A DNA stretch of 64,000 nt from a virus. Numbering within the stretch: the first letter of the stretch is position 1; each line of letters opens with the position of its first letter. The stretch spans positions 1-64,000 of the IMG/VR virus record IMGVR_UViG_3300008262_000017. One strand, 5' to 3'. This document shows positions 27,987 through 37,005 of this stretch, piece by piece. The position numbers were made by a program, and so were the translations under genes. The notes under the pieces are model-generated. The model was not told the origin of the DNA, ran no database searches, and was given only the letters and a program-made list of their open reading frames with translations.

Positions 27987-29372
27987 TTACTCCTTATTAT
28001 TCAGTTGTTGGCACTCTTCAAAAAATGTAGTCATTTCAGGAAAAGTCTCTAAGAAATTTACATCTCTTCGTTTGTCATATTCCGTAAACCAGTTGTAAAA
28101 ATCTTTTCTACCTTCTAGTATTCTTTCTTCTGAATATGTTTTAGTAGCAAAGTAATCTCTTACACGTCTGAATCTTTCATATTCTAAATCGCTAAACTTA
28201 GTAGAATCATTTTCATCTAAGTTGTCTTTAACAAAATTTAAAATTTTATCAAAATAAGGAAGATATTCTTCCTTAGGTAAAATAAGCATGTCATATTGTA
28301 ATGGTTCTTTTAGATAAGGAATATCAAAAATAATCTTTCTAGTTTTAGAACTATCGTAAATGTCTTTGTATTTTGATCGCCATTCTAAAACTTTTTCTAA
28401 AAAAGAAACGTAACTGGTTACACTTAATATATTAAAGGTACACATAAAAGTTACAGGCCTTGCTGTTTTTCTAATAAACAGATCTAAGTTCTTTTCCCAT
28501 AATTCTAAATCAAGACCTGTACGTAGATACTCAGCACGTTTACCCCAAGTGTCCATACTTGAAAAAACTTTAAATTCTTTTATCTTATTGTTAGATAATA
28601 AATCATTTACATTGTCAGCTAACTTTTCAACCATTGCTGTTTTTACACCAAGGTTACTATTAATATTAAGTTCTAAATGAGGTTTAGGTTCTTCACGAAG
28701 TGTGTCAAATAATCTCCAAGTACTTTTATGCATTAACGGTTCTCCGCCGGTGATGCGAAGAATGTTTAATGTCTTAGACATTTCTGGCCACCATTTCCAC
28801 CAAGCTTCAATCCACGGATTATCTTCTTCTTGTTGAACTTTGAACCATTCAATACTGTTGCCGTGATTTTTTACTTTAGGGTAAGGACCATGCTGTTTGA
28901 TTTCGCTGTAGTAACTACTAGAGTGTTTAGGATGACAATAACCGCACTTAAAGTTACATTCGTTACTAAAACTAATTTCAATGTAGTCTGGATTTACATT
29001 AAGATCCCATCTGTTTGATGTTATTTCGTCTACCATTTCAGGTCGATACAATGCTGCATTACGAATGTGCCTATCACTGATATGATCACCACCTAAGTTT
29101 TCCACATTCCAACAGTACTGACAACCTTTTGGTTTTTCTCCTACTAGCATTTCAGCACGTTCTTTTTTCTTTTGAATAGTGTTGTGCAATGCGCTGGGAT
29201 TAGTTTTTAATTCAATTAACGGAATATCATGAGGTGCAGGATGATAGCAACTGTGCGTTTGTCCCATGTGCATATACATAGTTACATGATGCCATTTAGC
29301 CAAACAAAATGTAGGACTAATTTCATTTGTTATTTCTATAACTTTTCTAATTTTGTCTGTTTCTCGACTCAT
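27987..29372 (-). CDS. Radical SAM protein with N-terminal Twitch-like cluster, paralog 2
   Basis: CLAKW...HSCYHP...CQYCW; CNFKCGYC; TGGEPL. Confidence 0.85.
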   Translation of the reverse strand: MSRETDKIRKVIEITNEISPTFCLAKWHHVTMYMHMGQTHSCYHPAPHDIPLIELKTNPSALHNTIQKKKERAEMLVGEKPKGCQYCWNVENLGGDHISDRHIRNAALYRPEMVDEITSNRWDLNVNPDYIEISFSNECNFKCGYCHPKHSSSYYSEIKQHGPYPKVKNHGNSIEWFKVQQEEDNPWIEAWWKWWPEMSKTLNILRITGGEPLMHKSTWRLFDTLREEPKPHLELNINSNLGVKTAMVEKLADNVNDLLSNNKIKEFKVFSSMDTWGKRAEYLRTGLDLELWEKNLDLFIRKTARPVTFMCTFNILSVTSYVSFLEKVLEWRSKYKDIYDSSKTRKIIFDIPYLKEPLQYDMLILPKEEYLPYFDKILNFVKDNLDENDSTKFSDLEYERFRRVRDYFATKTYSEERILEGRKDFYNWFTEYDKRRDVNFLETFPEMTTFFEECQQLNNKE

Positions 29373-30703
29373 AGCTGTTTACATTTTTGCAAAAATTCAT
29401 TCATTTCAGGGAATGTATTTTGAAAACTTGTGCCTCTCCTTTTATCATGTTCTATAACAAATGCTGCAAAATCTTTTTGGTCTTGTATTTTAGATTGATT
29501 GTTTTTTACATGATTTTCAAATAATTTATAAATTCTTTCAAATCTATGAATTTCATGATCAAAAAACTCTCCAGACTTTATGTAGCTTAATTGATTATCA
29601 AAGTATTTAATAAAAGATTGATCCAGGATGAATATATTTTGATGAGGAGGCCATCTAAGATAAGAGATATCTAAACTTAGATTTTTCTTGTTATGCTGGC
29701 TTCTTAAATCTATCCAATCTTTTAAGAAATCTAAGTAACTTGTAACGCTTAATGCATTGTACGTTGACATTACAGTGAGCTTACCATTTGGTACTTCTTT
29801 TAAAAATTTATTACAATTTTCTTTCCACTCTTGATAATTAAGTCCAAATCTAATATATTCTGCGTTAGCACCGTGTGCCTCTGCACTAGTGTAAAGTTTA
29901 AAAGATTTTATTAAATTATTTTCTTGAATGAATTTTATCTTATCAATAAACTGATTAAAAATTTTAGAGGGTACACCTAAGTTACTATTAATATTAAGTT
30001 CTAAATTTGGTCTAGGATTTTGTATAATGTAGTCTAAAACTTTAAATGTGTTTTTAGTTAACAAAGGTTCGCCGCCAGTGATACGTAAAACTTCTAAACT
30101 AGGATATAGTGTAGGCCACCATTCCCAAAAAGCTTCAACATAAGGATTGTACTCAGATTCTGATACTGGCAATTTGTCCTGACTCTTTAACCATTCTAAA
30201 TTGTTAAAATTTGTACTGGTAGGATAAGCGCCATGTTGTTTAATTTCTTCAGTCCATTTTGAACTTGCTTCAGGACTGCAATAGCTGCATTTAAAATTAC
30301 AAGTGTTGCTGAAACTGACTTCTAAATAACTAGGATTATGATTTCCTAAAGGATTTGCAACAATAGAATCAATATGATTGATAGCCCAACTGTCTACACT
30401 TTTCATTATACGATCGCTGTACACATCTAAGGAGGTATCTTCAACCTTCCAGCAGTAATCGCATTCAGCTGGTCTAATGCCATCAATCATTGCTAATTGC
30501 TGTTGCTTTTTAAAAGATGTATTATGCAATGCACTTACATTTACAGCAATTTCATTTAGAGGAATTTTATGAGCTACAGGATGATGACAACTATGAGTTT
30601 GACCAGTTGCTAAATGTATTGTTACTTGCTTCCATTTAGCAACACAGAAACTAGGACTAATAAAGTTTAGTTTGTTTCTAAACTCATTAATTTTATCTTT
30701 CAT
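29369..30703 (-). CDS. Radical SAM protein with N-terminal Twitch-like cluster, paralog 3
   Basis: CVAKW...HSCHHP...CDYCW; CNFKCSYC; TGGEPL. Confidence 0.85.
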   Translation of the reverse strand: MKDKINEFRNKLNFISPSFCVAKWKQVTIHLATGQTHSCHHPVAHKIPLNEIAVNVSALHNTSFKKQQQLAMIDGIRPAECDYCWKVEDTSLDVYSDRIMKSVDSWAINHIDSIVANPLGNHNPSYLEVSFSNTCNFKCSYCSPEASSKWTEEIKQHGAYPTSTNFNNLEWLKSQDKLPVSESEYNPYVEAFWEWWPTLYPSLEVLRITGGEPLLTKNTFKVLDYIIQNPRPNLELNINSNLGVPSKIFNQFIDKIKFIQENNLIKSFKLYTSAEAHGANAEYIRFGLNYQEWKENCNKFLKEVPNGKLTVMSTYNALSVTSYLDFLKDWIDLRSQHNKKNLSLDISYLRWPPHQNIFILDQSFIKYFDNQLSYIKSGEFFDHEIHRFERIYKLFENHVKNNQSKIQDQKDFAAFVIEHDKRRGTSFQNTFPEMNEFLQKCKQL

Positions 30704-31590
30704 CTTTTTAGAATTCTATCCGTGTTGGTATAAACTCTTTTAAAAAATTTAGAACCTTCCTTGTCAATATTTGATATTTCTAAATCTAATTCAGTTTTAA
30801 GCTGACTGCTTAACCAGACACTGTAGTCATCAGGATCTGTTTTATCTTCATGTTTTTCTTTCCAATAATTTGTAAGATAGTCAAAATCTCTAACATTAGC
30901 ATAATCCCAATCTGTACAGTTTGTCATATAGCAGCCTTCTCTGGCTCCTAGCATACTCCAGATACCGTTCTCTACATCAGCACCAACGTTACACCATATT
31001 AACAAACGTTGATAATTTTGCCACCAAACACGTTTGATATCATCAGCTTTAGCGCCTTCGTTTAAACTCATTTTTACGCCTTCACGAAATCCTGCACGCC
31101 ATGCTTGAAATGGAGTTGCGTTTGTAAAACTCTCACTGTAGTTTTCGTTAAACTGATAATATCTGTTATCAAAACAAAACTCAACTAGTCCTTTATGATC
31201 ATTAGGATCTGAGTTTTCGTGAGTCTTCATTTCATTAACAAATTTTCGAGTCCATAACTTGAGGCCGCCATTTCCATACATTAGATGATTGACGTGTACT
31301 TTGCCGCACCAACTGAATACATGATTTTCAGTCAGTCCTAGTTCTTCTAAGTCTATTTCGACTTGAAAAAACTTAGGGTCAACAATATTGTCTGCGTCAA
31401 CTGTAACAAAATATTCAGTTTCGCTTTTTGCAGCACAGGCTTTATGTGCCGCATCACTGCCTTTAACTCCGTGAACACGTTTAGCCCACGGTACTTTTTT
31501 TACCAAGTCTGCATAATTTTTTTCTGCATTAGGCTCATCATAACTTAAAAATACAATATCTTGATCAACAACTTTAATCTTACTGGACAT
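30700..31590 (-). CDS. GT-A-like glycosyltransferase
   Basis: DIVFLSYDEPNA...RVHGVKG...VTVDAD (DxD)...YGNGG...AGFREGVK; start taken at MSSKIK. Confidence 0.65.
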   Translation of the reverse strand: MSSKIKVVDQDIVFLSYDEPNAEKNYADLVKKVPWAKRVHGVKGSDAAHKACAAKSETEYFVTVDADNIVDPKFFQVEIDLEELGLTENHVFSWCGKVHVNHLMYGNGGLKLWTRKFVNEMKTHENSDPNDHKGLVEFCFDNRYYQFNENYSESFTNATPFQAWRAGFREGVKMSLNEGAKADDIKRVWWQNYQRLLIWCNVGADVENGIWSMLGAREGCYMTNCTDWDYANVRDFDYLTNYWKEKHEDKTDPDDYSVWLSSQLKTELDLEISNIDKEGSKFFKRVYTNTDRILKR

Positions 31591-32170
31591 ATTTTTCCTT
31601 AACACAATAGTCTCTAAACTTTTTAATAGTATACACTGAAATATTTGAAAAATCTAGTTCCATATTAGAAGTAAACTCGAACGATACTGGTCCGTTAATC
31701 AAGTCAGTTGCACTTGCTATATATTCTGCTATCAAAAAACACGGGTTGTCTTTTTTACAAATATAAAAAGGAACGGTAGATACAATAGTTAATCTATCTG
31801 TTGCTTGAGACGTTGTAGTTGCAATCCAAACTTTTTCTTGTATGTTATATTCAAAAATTACATCACAATTTGTTAAATCTTTTTTTGGAATTTCATACAG
31901 AATATAATCAGTTTTTATAAGATCTTCTTGTTCCTCTGTGTCTGAAATAAGTCCTGCACTAATATTAAAGAAATAGTCAATTTTGTATTTTGTACAATCT
32001 TTAATGCCTCGAATAAAATTTGGAATTAAATGTATGCTAATTTCAAAATTATTTAAACTTTCATCTTTAACATTACTAGCCAAATAAACTTTACCGTCAT
32101 TATCATAATGTACAAAAAAACTTTTTACTTCATAGGCTTCTATGAAAGGTTTAACTATATCTTCTTGCAT
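31580..32170 (-). CDS. Hypothetical protein
   Basis: ORF overlap-coupled within the operon; no recognisable motif. Confidence 0.6.
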   Translation of the reverse strand: MQEDIVKPFIEAYEVKSFFVHYDNDGKVYLASNVKDESLNNFEISIHLIPNFIRGIKDCTKYKIDYFFNISAGLISDTEEQEDLIKTDYILYEIPKKDLTNCDVIFEYNIQEKVWIATTTSQATDRLTIVSTVPFYICKKDNPCFLIAEYIASATDLINGPVSFEFTSNMELDFSNISVYTIKKFRDYCVKEKYVQ

Positions 32171-32984
32171 AAGCACTTTCTAATTTTTTAATAAAATTTT
32201 CAGTTAAGAAACCTTCTTCTACATAATGCAACAATCCAGATTGTTGAAAATTTCCCACTTTTAAATTTAATTCATCATCTAAAAAACTGTTCAATACATT
32301 TGTCCATTTAGATGGAATATTTTTCCATCCTTGCACACCTGGTTTCATATGAATAAAAGAAGGAATTCCTCCTTTATCTACATGTGTACCCATAAATCTA
32401 AGAGCTAACGCGGCGCTAAGATCAATGCTACAAAAAGATTGGGCATGATTTTTTAAATGAATTCTATAAAATTTTTGCCAATGTACTACAATAATTTCAA
32501 GCCATTTGAAAAATTCATAAGCAGTATTTACTTTTCTAAAATAAAATGCTCCTGTGTAAATATTATCTAATCCGTTACGTGTGAATGATTTTCTGTAATA
32601 ATTGCTGTTAACAACATTACCTCTATAATCACGAACATGAGTAGTAAAACATAAATCTTTGTTTTCGAAATAATCCCACCAATGGTCATTACTTTCTAAT
32701 AACAACATATCAACATCATATACAATATTTTCTTCAAATGGAGTTGCATAGATTATCTTCCATCTGTTTTCAATTTTCCATTGAGTAGATGCAGCTGAAT
32801 CTTTCCATGGAATCGGAACTATGTGATCAAATACATATCTGTATTTTTCTGGAACTGAGTCGTTAGTAATAAGACAAGTTTTGTTTTCTTGATTATGTAT
32901 TTTAATAGACAACGCTAGTGCATAGGCTTGCTCAACATAATCTACGTCAGAATTTTGCGCTAAAAATACATGACCTTTACTCAT
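32151..32984 (-). CDS. GT-A (GT8/mannosyltransferase-like) glycosyltransferase
   Basis: Y...AYALALSIK, TPFEENIVYDVD (DxD), FIHMK, LLHY. Confidence 0.65.
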   Translation of the reverse strand: MSKGHVFLAQNSDVDYVEQAYALALSIKIHNQENKTCLITNDSVPEKYRYVFDHIVPIPWKDSAASTQWKIENRWKIIYATPFEENIVYDVDMLLLESNDHWWDYFENKDLCFTTHVRDYRGNVVNSNYYRKSFTRNGLDNIYTGAFYFRKVNTAYEFFKWLEIIVVHWQKFYRIHLKNHAQSFCSIDLSAALALRFMGTHVDKGGIPSFIHMKPGVQGWKNIPSKWTNVLNSFLDDELNLKVGNFQQSGLLHYVEEGFLTENFIKKLESAYARRYS

Positions 32985-33807
32985 TATCTAACATCCTTAT
33001 TAAACTATATTTGTTCATTACGTGAATGTCATTGTTAGAAAATTTCAAAGGCAGATAATCACTTTCTTTATTTTCATTTTCAACTAAAAAATAAAAATCT
33101 CTATCTTTTATCTTAACTAAAATATCTCTATCTAAAGTATAAAATAATTTGCCTGGCAAACGTTTTGCAAATTCTCCAGACGAATATCCGTTCATAATAT
33201 GAATTGCAATACTAAAAGCAAAATCATTTCTAAAACTTGAACTATTAAGATGAAATAAAAATTTGTAATATTGCCAATGCTGTTTAATATGAGATACTAA
33301 AGAAAAAAACTGAGCTGTTTCTTCAGTCTTTTTAAAAAAGAACACAGTAGCCCAGTAAAATGGAATAGAATAATCACTTAAATGTGTAAATTCACTTACG
33401 TCTTTTCTTTGGCCTATATCATAAAATTTATTATATATTAAAAAGTCATAAGGTTGATTCCAACAATAAGAAAGAACATTAGAGTTTATTACATAATCAA
33501 CATCTATTACAAGAGTCTCATCGTACGGGGACAAATCAAAACTATCATTTCTGTGAGAATTTTTCCAATGAGTTTTAGATATTTTGGCGCCGTCGTGAAA
33601 TCTTTTAAGATGATATTTCTCATTTTCAATAATTATGATGTTATCAAATAACAATTTATCATTTATTAACAAAGATGATTCTTCATCTGTAACTACAGAC
33701 ACTGGCACTTGTAAAAATTTATGTACTCTTTTAGCAGTATCTTCAGCTAGCTTTATATAATTAATTTCAGAATTATTTAAAGCAAATAACAACACACCTT
33801 TAGTCAT
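32977..33807 (-). CDS. GT-A (GT8-like) glycosyltransferase, paralog of 32151..32984
   Basis: KGVLLFA.N...NY, SPYDETLVIDVD (DxD), WATVFFF, RNDFAFSIA, HVMNK. Confidence 0.65.
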   Translation of the reverse strand: MTKGVLLFALNNSEINYIKLAEDTAKRVHKFLQVPVSVVTDEESSLLINDKLLFDNIIIIENEKYHLKRFHDGAKISKTHWKNSHRNDSFDLSPYDETLVIDVDYVINSNVLSYCWNQPYDFLIYNKFYDIGQRKDVSEFTHLSDYSIPFYWATVFFFKKTEETAQFFSLVSHIKQHWQYYKFLFHLNSSSFRNDFAFSIAIHIMNGYSSGEFAKRLPGKLFYTLDRDILVKIKDRDFYFLVENENKESDYLPLKFSNNDIHVMNKYSLIRMLDNE

Positions 33808-34156
33808 AAAGATCAATCAAACTTTCTATTTTACGCTGTTTGATTAATGAACTATGCTTGTTGTAATAAGCATTAGCTGATTCAAAATAAACTGAAACTA
33901 CCTTATCAAAAAAAGTTTTGAGATTTTCTATATTGACAGGGGTATTGTTATCATCTACTAAAACTACATTTTCTGTATAACCAATATCTAATAAAGTTTT
34001 AGAAAAATTAATCAATTCTTTCGAAGACGTAAAAGTTCCTCCATTTTCGTAATAGAGAAGACTTTGTAAAAATTCTTCATTTAAAATATTTTTTTGGCTA
34101 ACCAACGTAGCCATATAATTGGCATTATCAAATGCCTTTTGAACTCTTTCGTCCAC
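33800..34156 (-). CDS. Hypothetical protein, first gene of the enzyme island (possibly fibre-assembly chaperone-like)
   Basis: GTG start with AGGAG RBS; GGTF...VLVDDNNTPV; the chaperone idea rests on position only. Confidence 0.6.
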   Translation of the reverse strand: MDERVQKAFDNANYMATLVSQKNILNEEFLQSLLYYENGGTFTSSKELINFSKTLLDIGYTENVVLVDDNNTPVNIENLKTFFDKVVSVYFESANAYYNKHSSLIKQRKIESLIDLYD

Positions 34157-34161
34157 AAAAA

Positions 34162-34207
34162 ACTCCTAAGTTAATAGTACTATACTATTTTATCTTAGGA
34201 GTGTCAA
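34162..34207 (-). promoter_or_regulatory. sigma70-type promoter TTGACA-N17-TATAGT inside a 41-bp imperfect palindrome covering the RBS
   Basis: -35 at 34207-34202, -10 at 34184-34179; arms ACTCCTAAG (34162-70)/CTTAGGAGT (34194-202) and AATAGTA/TACTATT. Confidence 0.75.
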
Positions 34208-34225
34208 TGATTTAGGTAAAACTGG

Positions 34226-35287
34226 TTATAGAGCAGTTGCAACGCCTGTAGGTGCTGGAACATCAACGTTTCCGCCAGTACCAGATGGTCTTGTGCATCG
34301 AACTAGACTAGTTAACGTACCTGTTACTTCTTCGTCAACGGCGCTGCCGATACCAGTTTGATCGCCTGCGTCGTCATCTCTGAATGTAATTACAAACTCT
34401 AATGTGCTAGCAGTTGGTCTACGCACTTTAATAATGTAGTCGTTTTCTACATACTTGTTATTAGGTGTTGTAGGACCAGTTGTTCTAAATATTTGTGTGT
34501 AGTTAGTTGATCCAGTAACAAGCTGAAAAAATCCAGTTGTAGTAGCAGTACCAGGAAGTGTACTATCAGCTGTTGGACCAGTTCCGCCTTCAGTAGAAGT
34601 AGCAGTATTAGTATTTCCGCCGCCTAAAGATTGTGTGTTGTTAGCACCAAAATAAATTTGTTGGAACTGATTTAGTAAATCTTTCCACATAGCATTTTTA
34701 GTTCCAGCTGCTGGAGGATCAATAGTAGGTACAAAGGTACCAGAAATTTGAATATAACCACCAGTATTAAAGAAATAAGTTGCATGATCTGCAGGAGTAA
34801 CAGTAAACGCACCTCCATTTTGTGTATAACCGTTAAATGTAAGAGTTACTGTATGACTGATAACGTCTGTAGCTCCTCCCCAGTTTGCAGTTCTTTGGGT
34901 AGAAGTGATAGCTACGTTAGGAGTTAACTGAGCAGCATTATGCTGATTTTTATTAGTATTAATAAAGTTTGAAAAATTAGTATACTGAGTTAAAATTGCA
35001 TCACTAATAACAGTAGAAGATCCAATTGTTTGTAAGTAAGGAGGATTAACATTAACAATAGCTAATACGTCTTCCACTGCAGGTGTATTATTTGTTTGGT
35101 GTATGTATGCTCTTATCATGTCAGTTCTTACACTATTCCATTGTGTAGATGAAACAACAGTGTTAGGTTGAGCTGGGGCACTATTTAAAAATTGCCCGTA
35201 TCCTGTAGGGTTTGCACCTAAAACTAAACTGGTTGTTGCTTGCAAATTATTATATGCAGCTGAGGTAATGCTATCGCCTTTTGACAT
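34226..35287 (-). CDS. Putative virion structural protein (tail/baseplate associated)
   Basis: GGAGG RBS; T/G/N-rich; GYGQ and YFFNTGG.I motifs; follows the fibre genes. Confidence 0.6.
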   Translation of the reverse strand: MSKGDSITSAAYNNLQATTSLVLGANPTGYGQFLNSAPAQPNTVVSSTQWNSVRTDMIRAYIHQTNNTPAVEDVLAIVNVNPPYLQTIGSSTVISDAILTQYTNFSNFINTNKNQHNAAQLTPNVAITSTQRTANWGGATDVISHTVTLTFNGYTQNGGAFTVTPADHATYFFNTGGYIQISGTFVPTIDPPAAGTKNAMWKDLLNQFQQIYFGANNTQSLGGGNTNTATSTEGGTGPTADSTLPGTATTTGFFQLVTGSTNYTQIFRTTGPTTPNNKYVENDYIIKVRRPTASTLEFVITFRDDDAGDQTGIGSAVDEEVTGTLTSLVRCTRPSGTGGNVDVPAPTGVATAL

Positions 35288-35299
35288 ATTACATCCTCC

Positions 35300-36970
35300 T
35301 TATAGTATAATTGATTCTACTAGCTTAACACCAGGGTCGTCATTAGTTTCTAATGCAATAGCAAATGTATCAGGGAAAGTTCCTGCTCTAATAGGCATGT
35401 TTCTTAAAATAGATGCTGCTTCTGCGGCGCAACCGTTATCGGCTGCAATAAGCTTATCACCTTTATTAACCGGTCCTGTTACTTTAACTGGAACTCGGCC
35501 TTTAAGAGCAATATATGTTCCTCCAACTAATCCACTGTTCATCATGTATGCAGGGTTCTGAGACACTGCACCAAATGCTCTATCTCCTGCTGAACAAGCA
35601 GTTACTTCAGCGTCGCCGCCTACTACAACCACTGTACCAACTTCATACTCTTGGTCTGCTAAATATTTTTCCGCCAAGTCGGCGAATAGTGCTGATGTTG
35701 CGATTCCCACGAAATAATTTCCTTTCACTGATCCTGGAGTAATTGTTATACCCCCTACAACTTCTTCAGAAGTTGTTCTAGCTACAATAGCTCCGGAAGC
35801 AACTGTTTCAGTTGCTACCCTATAACTTGTTCCTACAAGAAGATTATTAGCATTAGTAGCTGTAGTAGCTGTAGTTGCTGTAGTAGCAGTTCCAGATATA
35901 CTAACATTATATGTTCCACTTAATCTACCAGTAGGTACTGTTCCAGTAGAAAGTTCAGATGCATTTAACGATGTTAAATTAGTGCCTGCGCCGTAAAATT
36001 GGGCAGCATATACATTTTTAAATTGTTCTCCGGACGATCCTAGATCAGTTGTATTATTTACACCCGGAAGAACATGAGCACCTTGTAATTTAATAGGAGT
36101 ATTAGCTTGAGTTTGAAATTTTAATGTATTTGATGTTATTGTTCTAATTAAAGGAGTAATACCATCACTGTCTATCTTTACTTCTAAATCAGCACCATCA
36201 CCTACAGTGTAGCCAAAATCTGAAAAACGAACTATTTCTTCAAAAGCTAGACTTCCAGCAGATTTTAAATAAAAGTCTTCCCAAGACAATAGTTGTCCAG
36301 ATTCACCAACTAAGCCTCTTGCTGAACTAACTGTTCCCCAAAAAACATCATTTAACGTTACATCTGTAATGCCTTCGTCATTGTTTGTATTAGCAAGTGT
36401 AATACCTTTTTTAATTCTTCCAAAGCCTGTAATAGGTGTTTGATTTCCTAATACAAAAGTTTCAGAAGATATAACAAATGCAACTACACCATTAACAAAT
36501 GCCTTAATTATTCCCCTAGTTGCGCCAGTTGTATCAATAGCCGAATCTGATACCATTTCAGTAGTACCTAATCCTGGAACACCTTGAGGTCCTATTAGGA
36601 TAAATGTAGATCCATTCCATGCATAAAGTTGTTCGTTGTTGTCGTCCCACCACAAGTCACCTATGGATAAACCAGAAGGAGCTGCACTAGCTACTTGGGC
36701 GCCTCCGGCTGTTTTCCATTGCAATGTTGCAGAGTCGTAATATTTTAGTTTTCTAACACTGGTATCGTACCAAATTTGACCGCTAATTGGTCTCGGAGGA
36801 GGATTAATTCCTGCAAAGTTTTCTAGGATATGTACAAAATTTTCATTTTGTGTTTCACCGTAACCAGCATAATTTTTACCTATTAGACGAATGTCTAATG
36901 AGTTGTCGATCGTGCCATCCTCAACTGTAATTGTTCTCGATCCGCTGTATGTATCGACGCTATAAGCCAT
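35300..36970 (-). CDS. Tail fibre/spike with C-terminal intramolecular chaperone autoprotease (peptidase G2-like)
   Basis: Shared N-terminal GKNYAGYGE..NENF...LENFA...GQIWYD anchor; C-terminal ADLAEKY...IALKGRVPVKV.G.V.KGD. Confidence 0.8.
   Translation of the reverse strand: MAYSVDTYSGSRTITVEDGTIDNSLDIRLIGKNYAGYGETQNENFVHILENFAGINPPPRPISGQIWYDTSVRKLKYYDSATLQWKTAGGAQVASAAPSGLSIGDLWWDDNNEQLYAWNGSTFILIGPQGVPGLGTTEMVSDSAIDTTGATRGIIKAFVNGVVAFVISSETFVLGNQTPITGFGRIKKGITLANTNNDEGITDVTLNDVFWGTVSSARGLVGESGQLLSWEDFYLKSAGSLAFEEIVRFSDFGYTVGDGADLEVKIDSDGITPLIRTITSNTLKFQTQANTPIKLQGAHVLPGVNNTTDLGSSGEQFKNVYAAQFYGAGTNLTSLNASELSTGTVPTGRLSGTYNVSISGTATTATTATTATNANNLLVGTSYRVATETVASGAIVARTTSEEVVGGITITPGSVKGNYFVGIATSALFADLAEKYLADQEYEVGTVVVVGGDAEVTACSAGDRAFGAVSQNPAYMMNSGLVGGTYIALKGRVPVKVTGPVNKGDKLIAADNGCAAEAASILRNMPIRAGTFPDTFAIALETNDDPGVKLVESIIL
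35856..35890 (-). repeat. 9-bp coding repeat (TATTATTATTAT peptide, fibre shaft)
   Basis: Plus strand shows repeated GTAGTAGCT-like units. Confidence 0.7.
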
Positions 36971-36993
36971 AAATCCTGTCTCCAATCTATATA

Positions 36994-37000
36994 TATTTAT
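36994..37000 (-). promoter_or_regulatory. T4-late-like promoter ATAAATA
   Basis: Intergenic; upstream of GGAG RBS and ATG 36970. Confidence 0.55.
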
Positions 37001-37005
37001 TCTAA

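Noticed and set aside
14523-34156. Host-derived LPS/capsule operon or bacterial chimera
   Set aside because: There are no wzx/wzy/ABC or membrane components, and it is co-oriented and contiguous with the phage tail genes with phage-type promoters.
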